A stretch of DNA of 64,000 bases. Origin: an uncultured Clostridia bacterium (GTDB lineage Bacteria > Bacillota > Clostridia > TANB77 > CAG-465). How positions within the stretch are numbered: the first letter of the stretch is position 1; every line of letters starts with the position of its first letter. Shown here one piece after another: positions 28,665 through 37,923 of this stretch. Where the stretch lies: contig CANQUF010000001.1 in assembly GCA_947626975.1 (NCBI GenBank), positions 22,980 through 86,979 on the forward strand, read 5' to 3'. The position numbers were made by a program, and so were the translations under genes. The notes under the pieces were generated by a model. That model worked only from the letters and a program-made list of their open reading frames with translations. It ran no database searches and was not told the DNA's origin.

Positions 28665-29997
28665 TATTTATCCCCTTTTTTAGTTCTATCTGTGTTTTTA
28701 TATCAAATACACCTAAACAATCTCTATTTGCTAGGACTTCTACAAACATAACATCATATTTTCTTTGAAAAACTTCAAGATTACCGTTATGATCCAATTT
28801 TGTACATCCAAATGATAATGTATACTTATCTGGAGCTAATGGTAATACTTGTTTAAACTCAACAATAACAATATCTCCCTTTTCATAAGTTCCTGTAATT
28901 TTTTTATATGCAAAAGTATTTGCACCACATAATTCTAGCCCTTTAAAATCTTTAATTGACATTGCAAATATTGGCTCATCTATTTGCTCAATAAACTTAA
29001 CTTTCATTTTAATAACTACTTCATCATTATTATTTATTGTAGTCAAAAAATTATTATTAACATCAAATATACCATAATCTATTATTTCAGCCTTCCCGTT
29101 ACCATATACAAGCTCATCAGAATTAAGAGTGAAATGTTCTTTCCAAACCTCACCTTTTTTTTCTTTTCTCTTCTCTTCTTTTATAACATTTAGTTCTTTT
29201 TCTTCTTTTTCCTGTTCATCAATTTGTTTTTTATCAAGTCCTACAATTATTTTTTTATATTTATCTACACCTTGTTTTACATCTCCATCATATATCTTTC
29301 TTCCAGATGAAATTATAATAGCCCTATTGCAATTTTTTATTACATCTACTATATTATGAGTAACAAAAAGTATTGTTTTTCCTTTTTTCTTAAATTCTTC
29401 AAATTTTTTAAAACACTTTAATTGAAAAGCCATATCACCTACAGATAAAACTTCGTCGACTATTAAAACTTCAGGATCTACATTTATAGCACAGGCAAAT
29501 GCTAAACGTGCAAACATACCTGACGAATAGGTTTTTACTGGCTGATATAAATGTTCACCTATATCAGCAAACTCTATAATTTCTTTTTCTGTTTGTTTTA
29601 CTTGTTCCATTGTAAGGCCCATAACTAAACCATTTTGATATATATTTTCATATCCTGTAAGTTCAGGATTAAAAGCTGTACCTAGCTCTAGTAAAGAACT
29701 TATTTTCCCATTTACTTCTATATTACCAGATGTTGGAGTTACTACTCCAGTAATCATTTTTAAAAGTGTAGATTTACCAGCACCATTTTTCCCAAGTATT
29801 CCTACAACTTCTCCTTTATTTATGTTTAAATTTAAATCTTGAATCGCATTAAATGTACTATGTCTAGAGACTGCCGGAATTACAGTTTCTATTAGCCTAT
29901 CTAACTTTCTATTATACATTTTGTACTCTTTATTTAAATTAGTTATACAAATTACTGGTTTTTCTTTATTATTTTTGATTTTTATATCTTTTGCCAT
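28648..29997 (-). CDS. wzt: polysaccharide ABC exporter ATP-binding protein with C-terminal extension (Wzt/TagH/RgpD-like)
   Basis: Walker A GKNGAGKST, signature YSSGM, Walker B LIVDE and an H-loop. About 190 extra C-terminal residues are predicted beta-rich, consistent with a glycan-binding domain. Confidence 0.8.
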   Translation of the reverse strand: MAKDIKIKNNKEKPVICITNLNKEYKMYNRKLDRLIETVIPAVSRHSTFNAIQDLNLNINKGEVVGILGKNGAGKSTLLKMITGVVTPTSGNIEVNGKISSLLELGTAFNPELTGYENIYQNGLVMGLTMEQVKQTEKEIIEFADIGEHLYQPVKTYSSGMFARLAFACAINVDPEVLIVDEVLSVGDMAFQLKCFKKFEEFKKKGKTILFVTHNIVDVIKNCNRAIIISSGRKIYDGDVKQGVDKYKKIIVGLDKKQIDEQEKEEKELNVIKEEKRKEKKGEVWKEHFTLNSDELVYGNGKAEIIDYGIFDVNNNFLTTINNNDEVVIKMKVKFIEQIDEPIFAMSIKDFKGLELCGANTFAYKKITGTYEKGDIVIVEFKQVLPLAPDKYTLSFGCTKLDHNGNLEVFQRKYDVMFVEVLANRDCLGVFDIKTQIELKKGINNENKL

Positions 29998-30006
29998 TTT
30001 TATTTA

Positions 30007-30984
30007 TCACACCCTTTTTATTAATGATCTTATTTTATATAGTGGCTTAACTAAAATAGGAAAATTAAATATAAAAAATAAAGCTAAATATAATAAAATT
30101 CTTTCATTTTTATATATTTTATTAAAAGTTATTAATCCTTTAAAGTTCATATATTTTTTATCTTTTATATTTAAATAGTATTGTAAATATTTTTTATTAA
30201 GTTCATTTTGATAATTTGTAAATAAATTACTATTTTCAATAAAAGTAGAAAAATTATTAATTCTTAAATTTATTAAATGCTCCCTTACGCTGTCAAAATC
30301 ACTTAATTTATCAACATATCTAGATGAGCCTACTTGATTATTTGAATGTTGTCTATACTTTATAGTTGGTATATCTAAATATACTACTTTACCTTTTAAA
30401 GCTACAATAAGTCCTATCCAATAGTCATATAAAATATTTTTATTATTTGGAAATGGAAGAAAGTTTATAATCCAACTTTTTTTTGAAAGTATAGTACATC
30501 CTGTAATAGTATTATATAATACTTCTAAGTCATAACCATTATTTATGCATTTTTTTATTTTACGATTATAATTTTTTAATCTATTAAACGATTTATTTAT
30601 AGTAATCAATTTTTCATCAACAACTTCTAAATCTGTAAATACTAAATCTGCTTTTTCTTCAATTAGTTTGTTATATGTTAATTCTATTTTATCTTTATTC
30701 CATATATCATCTTGATCAGCAAACATAAAATATTTATTTTCAACTTTAGATAACAAAAATTCAAAAGTTTTATTTGAGCCTATATTTTTAGAATTTTTAT
30801 ATAACTCAATTCTATTATCTTTTTTTATATAATCTTCTATTATTGATACTGTATTATCCGTAGAGCAATCATCACATACTAATAATCTAAAGTTGATATA
30901 TGTTTGATTTATTATAGAATTTATTAATTCACCTATATACTTTTTTCCATTATATGTAGCAAGAAGTATATCAATTTTTTCCAT
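30007..30984 (-). CDS. glycosyltransferase family 2 (rhamnosyltransferase-like, RgpB/WbbL-type)
   Basis: ATYNGKKYIGELINSIINQTY...CDDCSTDNT N-terminus and a DQDDIW acidic motif. It sits between wzt and wzm. Confidence 0.7.
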   Translation of the reverse strand: MEKIDILLATYNGKKYIGELINSIINQTYINFRLLVCDDCSTDNTVSIIEDYIKKDNRIELYKNSKNIGSNKTFEFLLSKVENKYFMFADQDDIWNKDKIELTYNKLIEEKADLVFTDLEVVDEKLITINKSFNRLKNYNRKIKKCINNGYDLEVLYNTITGCTILSKKSWIINFLPFPNNKNILYDYWIGLIVALKGKVVYLDIPTIKYRQHSNNQVGSSRYVDKLSDFDSVREHLINLRINNFSTFIENSNLFTNYQNELNKKYLQYYLNIKDKKYMNFKGLITFNKIYKNERILLYLALFFIFNFPILVKPLYKIRSLIKRV

Positions 30985-30995
30985 GGTTGCTCTCC

Positions 30996-31787
30996 TTATA
31001 ATACATCTGCAAAATCTTTTTTATTTTTCTTAAATACATAATTACTCCATATAAATATTATGAATACAAAAATCCAAAATATTATAGTTGGTATTCCATG
31101 CATTGCTAATATATGTGTTTCACCTGTAAAAGCACATCTAAATCCATTTACTAAATAAGTAAATGGCATACAACTTACTATCTTATATAATAGTTGATGA
31201 CCTTGTAGCATTGATATATTCCAAATAATTGGAGTAAACCAAAATAAAAGTTGCATAAGCACACCCAAAAGTTGTACAAAGTCAGGAACCAAAGTACAAA
31301 TTGCAGAGGTTAGCCTAGTTATAGAAATTATAAGAGCATATACTGCTATAAGTAAATATATTAATTCTATTACATTTATAATATATCCATATATAGCACA
31401 TACAACAATTGATATTATAAATAGAAATATTCCTACAATACCTGCAGATGTTAATGATATAACAGGAATTATATCAACAGGAAAAACTACTTTTTTTACT
31501 AAATAACTATAATTTCTTATAGAACCACTTGCATTTAAAATGCTGTCATTTATTAACATCCACATGGACATACCTGGTAAGAACCAAACAACATAAGGAT
31601 AATTACCAGCACTACCAGTTTTTAATATATATTGAAAAACAATAACATAAGTAAGCATAAATATAAATGGAGAAACAAAGCCCCATATGGCTCCTAGACT
31701 TGTACCCGCAAATCTATTTTTAAAATCATTTTTCCCTAGTTGAGCAACTAGTTTTCTATTCTTAATCAATGTTTTTATAAATTCCAT
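30996..31787 (-). CDS. wzm: polysaccharide ABC exporter permease (ABC-2 type; Wzm/TagG/RgpC-like)
   Basis: Six predicted TM helices, 263 aa, paired with wzt. Confidence 0.75.
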   Translation of the reverse strand: MEFIKTLIKNRKLVAQLGKNDFKNRFAGTSLGAIWGFVSPFIFMLTYVIVFQYILKTGSAGNYPYVVWFLPGMSMWMLINDSILNASGSIRNYSYLVKKVVFPVDIIPVISLTSAGIVGIFLFIISIVVCAIYGYIINVIELIYLLIAVYALIISITRLTSAICTLVPDFVQLLGVLMQLLFWFTPIIWNISMLQGHQLLYKIVSCMPFTYLVNGFRCAFTGETHILAMHGIPTIIFWIFVFIIFIWSNYVFKKNKKDFADVL

Positions 31788-31904
31788 TTCTATTCCCCTT
31801 TAATATTATGATATAAGTATGGTACAATTATATCATTAGTATTATTTTTTTTCAACAAAAAAACATATAAATCGTTAATAATTTATATGTTTTTATAGTA
31901 TTTA

Positions 31905-32867
31905 CTAATATTCTTTATTCTCATACCATTCAATTGTCTGTCTTAATCCTTCTTCAACTGTAACTGATGGCTCCCATCCAAGTTCTCTTTTTATTTTAGA
32001 AGAATTAATAGCATATCTATAATCATGCCCTTTTCTATCTTCAACAAAACTAATTAAATCCTCTGATTTTCCAAGTTGTTTTAATATTGTTTTTACAATC
32101 TCTAAGTTAGTTTTTTCGTTATTTCCACCAACGTTATATATCTCACCTTTAACACCTTTATGAAGTACAGTATCAATTGCAATACAATGATCCTTAACAA
32201 ATAACCAATCTCTTATGTTATTGCCTGTCCCATATATAGGTAATTTTTCACCTGCTTTTGCTTTTTTTATCATTAACGGAATTAACTTTTCTTCATGCTG
32301 ATTAGGTCCATAATTATTTGAACATCTTGTTATACAAACATTCATTTTAAAAGTTTCACCGTATGCTCTTACAACTAAATCAGATCCTGCTTTTGAAGCA
32401 GAATATGGACTATTAGGTGCAAGTGGTAATGTCTCTACAAACATATCATCACCATCTTTTAAAGTTCCATAAACTTCATCAGTAGAAACATGAACAAATC
32501 TATTTTCAGAGCCTTCTCCCCATACTCTTTTGCATGCTTCAATTAAAGAGTTAGTTCCCAATACATTATTTTCAGTAAATGTAAGTGGCCTTTTAATACT
32601 ATTATCAACATGAGATTCAGCAGCAAAATGAACTACCGCATCGATGTTATACTTTTTTAAGGTTTCTTCTACTTTATCAATATCACAAATATCTGCTTTT
32701 ACAAATTCATATTTACCTTCCGATGGTTTTAAATTATCAATATTTGCAGCATATGTCATTTTATCATATACAACATATGTATATTTATCTTTATATTTTT
32801 CTACCATATAATTTACAAAATTTGATCCAATAAATCCTGCTCCACCTGTTATTAATATATTTTTCAT
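31905..32867 (-). CDS. rmlB: dTDP-glucose 4,6-dehydratase
   Basis: ITGGAGFIGSNFV, catalytic YSASKA, and 320 aa. Confidence 0.9.
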   Translation of the reverse strand: MKNILITGGAGFIGSNFVNYMVEKYKDKYTYVVYDKMTYAANIDNLKPSEGKYEFVKADICDIDKVEETLKKYNIDAVVHFAAESHVDNSIKRPLTFTENNVLGTNSLIEACKRVWGEGSENRFVHVSTDEVYGTLKDGDDMFVETLPLAPNSPYSASKAGSDLVVRAYGETFKMNVCITRCSNNYGPNQHEEKLIPLMIKKAKAGEKLPIYGTGNNIRDWLFVKDHCIAIDTVLHKGVKGEIYNVGGNNEKTNLEIVKTILKQLGKSEDLISFVEDRKGHDYRYAINSSKIKRELGWEPSVTVEEGLRQTIEWYENKEY

Positions 32868-32881
32868 TTAATTTCCTCCAT

Positions 32882-33475
32882 TTATTTTAGATTTTTAAAT
32901 AAATCTGACTTTTTTAATTCTTGTAAAGATGGCCATTTAGCATCTTTCTCAGATGTTAAAAGTTCTTCTTTAGAAATATTATCCATAGGCCAATTAATAC
33001 CTACATCTGGATCATTCCATTTAAGTCCACCCTCAGATTCATGATTATATACATCATCACATTTATATGCAAATTCTGCTTCATCAGATAGTACTAAAAA
33101 TCCATGAGCAAATCCTCTTGGTATCATAAACATTTTTTTATTTTCTTCAGAAAGAATCACACCTTCCCATTTACCATAAGTTTTACTATTTGGTCTTAAA
33201 TCAACAGCCACATCAAAAACTTTACCTTTTAGACACCTTACAAGTTTTGCTTGTGAATTTTCTTTTTGAAAATGAAGACCTCTTAAAACACCTTTCTTGG
33301 ATTTAGATTGATTGTCTTGAACAAATTTATTTGTTATTCCAATTTCAGCGAACTCACTTTCACTATATGTTTCCATAAAATACCCTCTACTATCGCCAAA
33401 AACTGTTGGTTCAATAATATATACTCCCTCAATACTAGTATCAGTTTTTTTAAATTTTCCCATTAAATTATTCAC
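32882..33475 (-). CDS. rmlC: dTDP-4-dehydrorhamnose 3,5-epimerase
   Basis: Cupin-fold RmlC pattern ([17 protein letters not shown]), 197 aa. Confidence 0.85.
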   Translation of the reverse strand: MNNLMGKFKKTDTSIEGVYIIEPTVFGDSRGYFMETYSESEFAEIGITNKFVQDNQSKSKKGVLRGLHFQKENSQAKLVRCLKGKVFDVAVDLRPNSKTYGKWEGVILSEENKKMFMIPRGFAHGFLVLSDEAEFAYKCDDVYNHESEGGLKWNDPDVGINWPMDNISKEELLTSEKDAKWPSLQELKKSDLFKNLK

Positions 33476-34334
33476 CTACTATTCTTTTAATATATTTACC
33501 ATACTCAGTCTTTTTATATTTATCTGCAAATTCTAAAGCTTTAGTTTTATCAATCCATTTATTTTTATAAGCTATTTCTTCTAAACACGCAATTTGTATT
33601 CCTTGTCTTAATTCAATTGCTTTTACAAAATCGGCAGCATCATTAAGTCTATCTGCAGTTCCTGTATCAAACCAAGCAAATCCACGTCCTAGAGGTATAA
33701 CTTTAAGTTTGCCTTCTTCCATATATACTCTGTTTACATCTGTAATTTCTAATTCTCCTCTCGCTGATGGTTTAATTTCTTTTGCAATTTTAACTACATC
33801 ATTATCATAAAAATACAACCCTGGAACAGCCAAGTTTGATTTTGGAATTTTTGGCTTTTCTTCTATTGATATAGCATTACCATTTTTATCTATTTCAACA
33901 ACTCCATAAGAAGTAGGATCAGAGACTTCATATCCAAAAATTACTCCACCCTCTTTTAGATTTCCTGCATCTTTTAACATATCTTCAAGTCCAGGACCAT
34001 AGATCATATTGTCTCCTAATATTAATGCAACATTATCATTACCAATAAAATCAGCACCCAATCTAAAAGCATCTGCAAGTCCAACTGGCTTTTCTTGTAC
34101 TTTATATGAAAGACTCATGCCAAGCTCAGAACCATCTCCTAGTAACATTTCAAACATAGGCAAATGCACAGGTGTAGATATAATTAATACCTCTCTTATA
34201 CCAGCTTGCATTAATGTTGATAATGGATAATATATCATTGGTTTATCATATACAGGTAACATTTGTTTTGAAACTGCTAAAGTAACAGGATATAATCTTG
34301 TGCCGCTTCCACCAGCTAAAATAATTCCTTTCAT
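33468..34334 (-). CDS. rmlA: glucose-1-phosphate thymidylyltransferase
   Basis: [11 protein letters not shown] motif. The likely true ATG (MKGIILAGG) is at 34334 with a GGAGG RBS; the listed ORF start at 34379 is an upstream extension. ATG overlaps the rmlD stop (TAATG). Confidence 0.9.
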   Translation of the reverse strand: MKGIILAGGSGTRLYPVTLAVSKQMLPVYDKPMIYYPLSTLMQAGIREVLIISTPVHLPMFEMLLGDGSELGMSLSYKVQEKPVGLADAFRLGADFIGNDNVALILGDNMIYGPGLEDMLKDAGNLKEGGVIFGYEVSDPTSYGVVEIDKNGNAISIEEKPKIPKSNLAVPGLYFYDNDVVKIAKEIKPSARGELEITDVNRVYMEEGKLKVIPLGRGFAWFDTGTADRLNDAADFVKAIELRQGIQIACLEEIAYKNKWIDKTKALEFADKYKKTEYGKYIKRIVGE

Positions 34335-35200
34335 TATTTTAATTCCTCCTTTAAATACTCTTTTAATGCATCCTCCCAATTTTTTGGATAGATTCCAACA
34401 CTATGTAATTTATTTTTTAGTAATTTACTATTTGCTGGTCTATCACTAGAATTTGGATACATTTCTTTATACTGTTTAGAAGTTATAGGTATAACTTTTG
34501 TAGATACATTTGCAAATTCAAATATCTTTTTTGTAAAATCACTCCATACAGTAAATCCTTCATTTGTTGAATGATATATACCATACTTTGGTTCTTTTTC
34601 TAGAATTTGTTCTATAATTTCACAAAGACTTGTAGTAGAAGTTGGACTGCCATGTTGATCATTTACAACACTTATTTCATCTTTTGTTTCAGATAATTTA
34701 AGCATTGTTTTAACGAAGTTTTTTCCTCTTAGTCCATATAACCACGCTGTTCTTAAAATATAGTATTTATTAGCCTTCATGGCATTTTGTTCACCTAAAT
34801 ATTTTGTTTTCCCATAAGCACTCACTGGATTTGCAGGCATATCTTCAGTATATTCTTCTGAGATATCTAATTTTCCATCAAAAACATAATCAGTACTAAT
34901 TTGTATTAAAGTAGCATCTACTAAGTTAGTAGCTTCTGCAATATTTTCTAAGGCAATTCCGTTTACTGAATTTGCTAAATCAAAATTTGTTTCACAACCA
35001 TCAACATTTGTATATGCTGCGCAATTTATTATATAATATGGATTTATTTTTTTAACTTCGTTTATCACATCTTGTTTATTACATATATCTAAAGTTTCAA
35101 TAGTTGTTTTATATACATCATATTCTTTATTATTAGATAATCTTTCGTATAACTCTCCTCCAAGCATTCCATCTTGACCAATAACTAAAATCTTTTTCAT
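34334..35200 (-). CDS. rmlD: dTDP-4-dehydrorhamnose reductase
   Basis: RmlD-like Rossmann N-terminus ([12 protein letters not shown]), YGKTK catalytic motif, 288 aa. Confidence 0.85.
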   Translation of the reverse strand: MKKILVIGQDGMLGGELYERLSNNKEYDVYKTTIETLDICNKQDVINEVKKINPYYIINCAAYTNVDGCETNFDLANSVNGIALENIAEATNLVDATLIQISTDYVFDGKLDISEEYTEDMPANPVSAYGKTKYLGEQNAMKANKYYILRTAWLYGLRGKNFVKTMLKLSETKDEISVVNDQHGSPTSTTSLCEIIEQILEKEPKYGIYHSTNEGFTVWSDFTKKIFEFANVSTKVIPITSKQYKEMYPNSSDRPANSKLLKNKLHSVGIYPKNWEDALKEYLKEELK

Positions 35201-35240
35201 ATATAATTAATCCTTTCTTAAAATATTTAATTTTTTTATA

Positions 35241-36647
35241 TTATATATTTAGTAATTTCATAAACTCATCTTGAATTTTCTTCATATCTTCTTTAGTTTT
35301 ACCCTCAAATCTAGCAGTAATATTAGGTCCTGTATTTGATGCTCTAACTAGAGCCCAACCATTATCAAATTCAGCTCTAACACCATCAATATCATTTATT
35401 TTATATCCTTTATTAACACAATATTCTTTTATTTTTTCTATAACTTTAAATTTTTCGTCATCACTAGATACAAATTTTATTTCAGGTGTAGAATAATATT
35501 TATTTATTCCTTCTAATAATCCACTTACAGACTTATCAGTATTTGATAATATTTCAATAAGCCTTAATCCTGCATAAAGTCCATCATCAATATTTGGCCA
35601 TTTATCCCTAAAGAAAACATGACCTGAAAGTTCACTTCCAAAAGAGAAATCTCCTTCTTTCATTTTAGCTTTCATATATGAATTACCTGTTCTATAGCAT
35701 ACAGGTTCTCCACCAAGTTTTATAATCTCATCTGCTAAAGATTTTGTACATTTAACATCAAATAAAGCCTTTTTATTTGATACTTTATCCATTATATTTC
35801 TCCAAATAATTATTGCATAATAATCAATAAATACCATTTTTCCATTTTCATCGATTATTCCAACTCTATCTCCATCTCCATCAATACCTATACCAAGATC
35901 TGCTTTATTTTCCAATACAGCTTTTTTAAGATCTGCATTATTTTCTTCAACACTTGGATCTGGATGATGATTTGGAAAATTAGAATCAGACTCCATATAT
36001 AACGGAATTAATTCAACTTTATCTTTAAACATATCAAATACATCTTTTGCAATTATGGATGCAGTACCATTTGCAGTATCAACAACCACTTTTATCTTTC
36101 TATTTCCAAGTTTAATAGAATCTTTTATTAAATTTAAATATCCATCTTTTATATCTTCTTTTATTATATTACCTTTTACTTCATTATTATTTTTTTCTGA
36201 TTTTGAATTTTCTTCAACAAATTTTCTAAAATCTTGTATCATATCTCCACAAGCATTTCCAAAGTCATTAAAAGATATTTTAAGTCCATTATACTCTTTT
36301 GGATTATGGCTTGCAGTAATCATAATACCAGGCATAATATTTTTTCCGTCATTTAGAAAAATTTGAGCGTAATAATACATTGGCGTAGTACAAAGCCCTA
36401 TATCTATTACTTCTATATTTTCTCCTTCAATTATACCTTGTACTAGAGCTTTAAATAAAGGCATAGATGAACTCCTATTATCTCTTCCTATAACACACTT
36501 AGTATAACCATTATTTTTAATATATTTTGCATATGCAAGCCCTATTGTATAAGCTATATTTTCATCTAAATCATTACCATATATTCCACGTATATCATAC
36601 CCTCTATATATATTAGGGTTAATATTTTTTATAATTTCATATTTCAT
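35241..36647 (-). CDS. phosphoglucomutase/phosphomannomutase family protein
   Basis: Active-site TASHNP (phospho-Ser loop), metal loop GIDGDGDR, 468 aa. Confidence 0.8.
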   Translation of the reverse strand: MKYEIIKNINPNIYRGYDIRGIYGNDLDENIAYTIGLAYAKYIKNNGYTKCVIGRDNRSSSMPLFKALVQGIIEGENIEVIDIGLCTTPMYYYAQIFLNDGKNIMPGIMITASHNPKEYNGLKISFNDFGNACGDMIQDFRKFVEENSKSEKNNNEVKGNIIKEDIKDGYLNLIKDSIKLGNRKIKVVVDTANGTASIIAKDVFDMFKDKVELIPLYMESDSNFPNHHPDPSVEENNADLKKAVLENKADLGIGIDGDGDRVGIIDENGKMVFIDYYAIIIWRNIMDKVSNKKALFDVKCTKSLADEIIKLGGEPVCYRTGNSYMKAKMKEGDFSFGSELSGHVFFRDKWPNIDDGLYAGLRLIEILSNTDKSVSGLLEGINKYYSTPEIKFVSSDDEKFKVIEKIKEYCVNKGYKINDIDGVRAEFDNGWALVRASNTGPNITARFEGKTKEDMKKIQDEFMKLLNI

Positions 36648-36783
36648 ATTATCACCTGTTTGGATTATATCATATCATTTTATATTTTTAAACCTTTTTT
36701 CAAAAAAAACTACAAAATCAGTTAACGTTAACATAAATATAAAGCTAATTTTAAATAATATAAAATTAGCTTTATATGTAAAT

Positions 36784-37731
36784 TTATTTCTTTTTATTAA
36801 GATCCTTTTCAGTTTCTTTTATAAAATAAACTGGTCTTTTCTTTACTTCCAAATATGATTTTGACAAATATTCACCTATAATTCCAAGGAAAAATAATTG
36901 AATACCACTAAGCATAAATATAATACACACAAGAGATGGCCATCCAGATGTAGGGTCACCATATATTAATGTTTTTACAATTATGAATGCTATCATAATA
37001 ATTGCTATTATACAAAATAAAAAGCCTGTAAATGATGCCATTTTTAATGGTGCAGTCGAAAAAGAAGTTATTGCCTCTATTGCGTAAGAACATAATTTAA
37101 AAAACGAAAATTTAGATTTTCCTGCAATTCTTTCTTGATTTTCAAAATCTATCCATTTTGTATCATAGCCTACAAAAGCATAAATTCCATTTAAATATCT
37201 ATTATATTCTGACATTTCAAGTATACTATCTAGCATTTGTCTAGTCATAAGTCTATAATTTCTTGATCCATCTACAATTTTTACATTAACCATCTTATTT
37301 ATTATTTTATAATATAATTTAGAGCATATTGTTTTAATTATATTTTCACCTTTTCTATTTTTTCTTCTTGTAGCTACTGAGTCATATCCTTCTTCTTTTA
37401 TTATTCTATACATTTCTTTTAATAATTGTGGCGGATCTTGTAGATCTGCATCTATTGTTGCTATATAATCTCCTGTTGCCTCTTTAAACCCAGCAAGCAT
37501 TGCTGCCTCTTTACCAAAATTTCTTGAAAATGATAAATACCTTACATATTTATTTTCATTTGCATATTTTCTTATTATTTCTAATGTTTTATCTTTACTT
37601 CCATCATTTACAAATAATAATTCAAATTCTACATAATCCATATCTTTAATTACTTTATTTATCTCAATAAAAAAATTAGGTAATGCCTGTTCTTCATTAT
37701 AACAAGGAACTATAATTGATATTTTCTCCAT
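36784..37731 (-). CDS. GT2 polyprenyl-phosphate glycosyltransferase with C-terminal TM pair (GtrB/CsbB-like); first gene of locus
   Basis: ISIIVPCYNEE...VNDGSKD with a DADLQD (DxD) motif and two C-terminal TM helices. The likely start is MEKIS at 37731; the listed ORF extends to 37776. Confidence 0.7.
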   Translation of the reverse strand: MEKISIIVPCYNEEQALPNFFIEINKVIKDMDYVEFELLFVNDGSKDKTLEIIRKYANENKYVRYLSFSRNFGKEAAMLAGFKEATGDYIATIDADLQDPPQLLKEMYRIIKEEGYDSVATRRKNRKGENIIKTICSKLYYKIINKMVNVKIVDGSRNYRLMTRQMLDSILEMSEYNRYLNGIYAFVGYDTKWIDFENQERIAGKSKFSFFKLCSYAIEAITSFSTAPLKMASFTGFLFCIIAIIMIAFIIVKTLIYGDPTSGWPSLVCIIFMLSGIQLFFLGIIGEYLSKSYLEVKKRPVYFIKETEKDLNKKK

Positions 37732-37923
37732 AAATTTCTCCTTTAAATTGTTTATATTTATACCATATAATAACATAATTTTGCTTAAAAATCAATATAT
37801 TACTTATTTTAAACAACTATAAATATTTATTAATATATAAAATTTTAATATATATAATATTTTATTATCATATTTTTTACAAAAAAAATAATGGCACACT
37901 TTACTTAAGTATACCATTAACTT

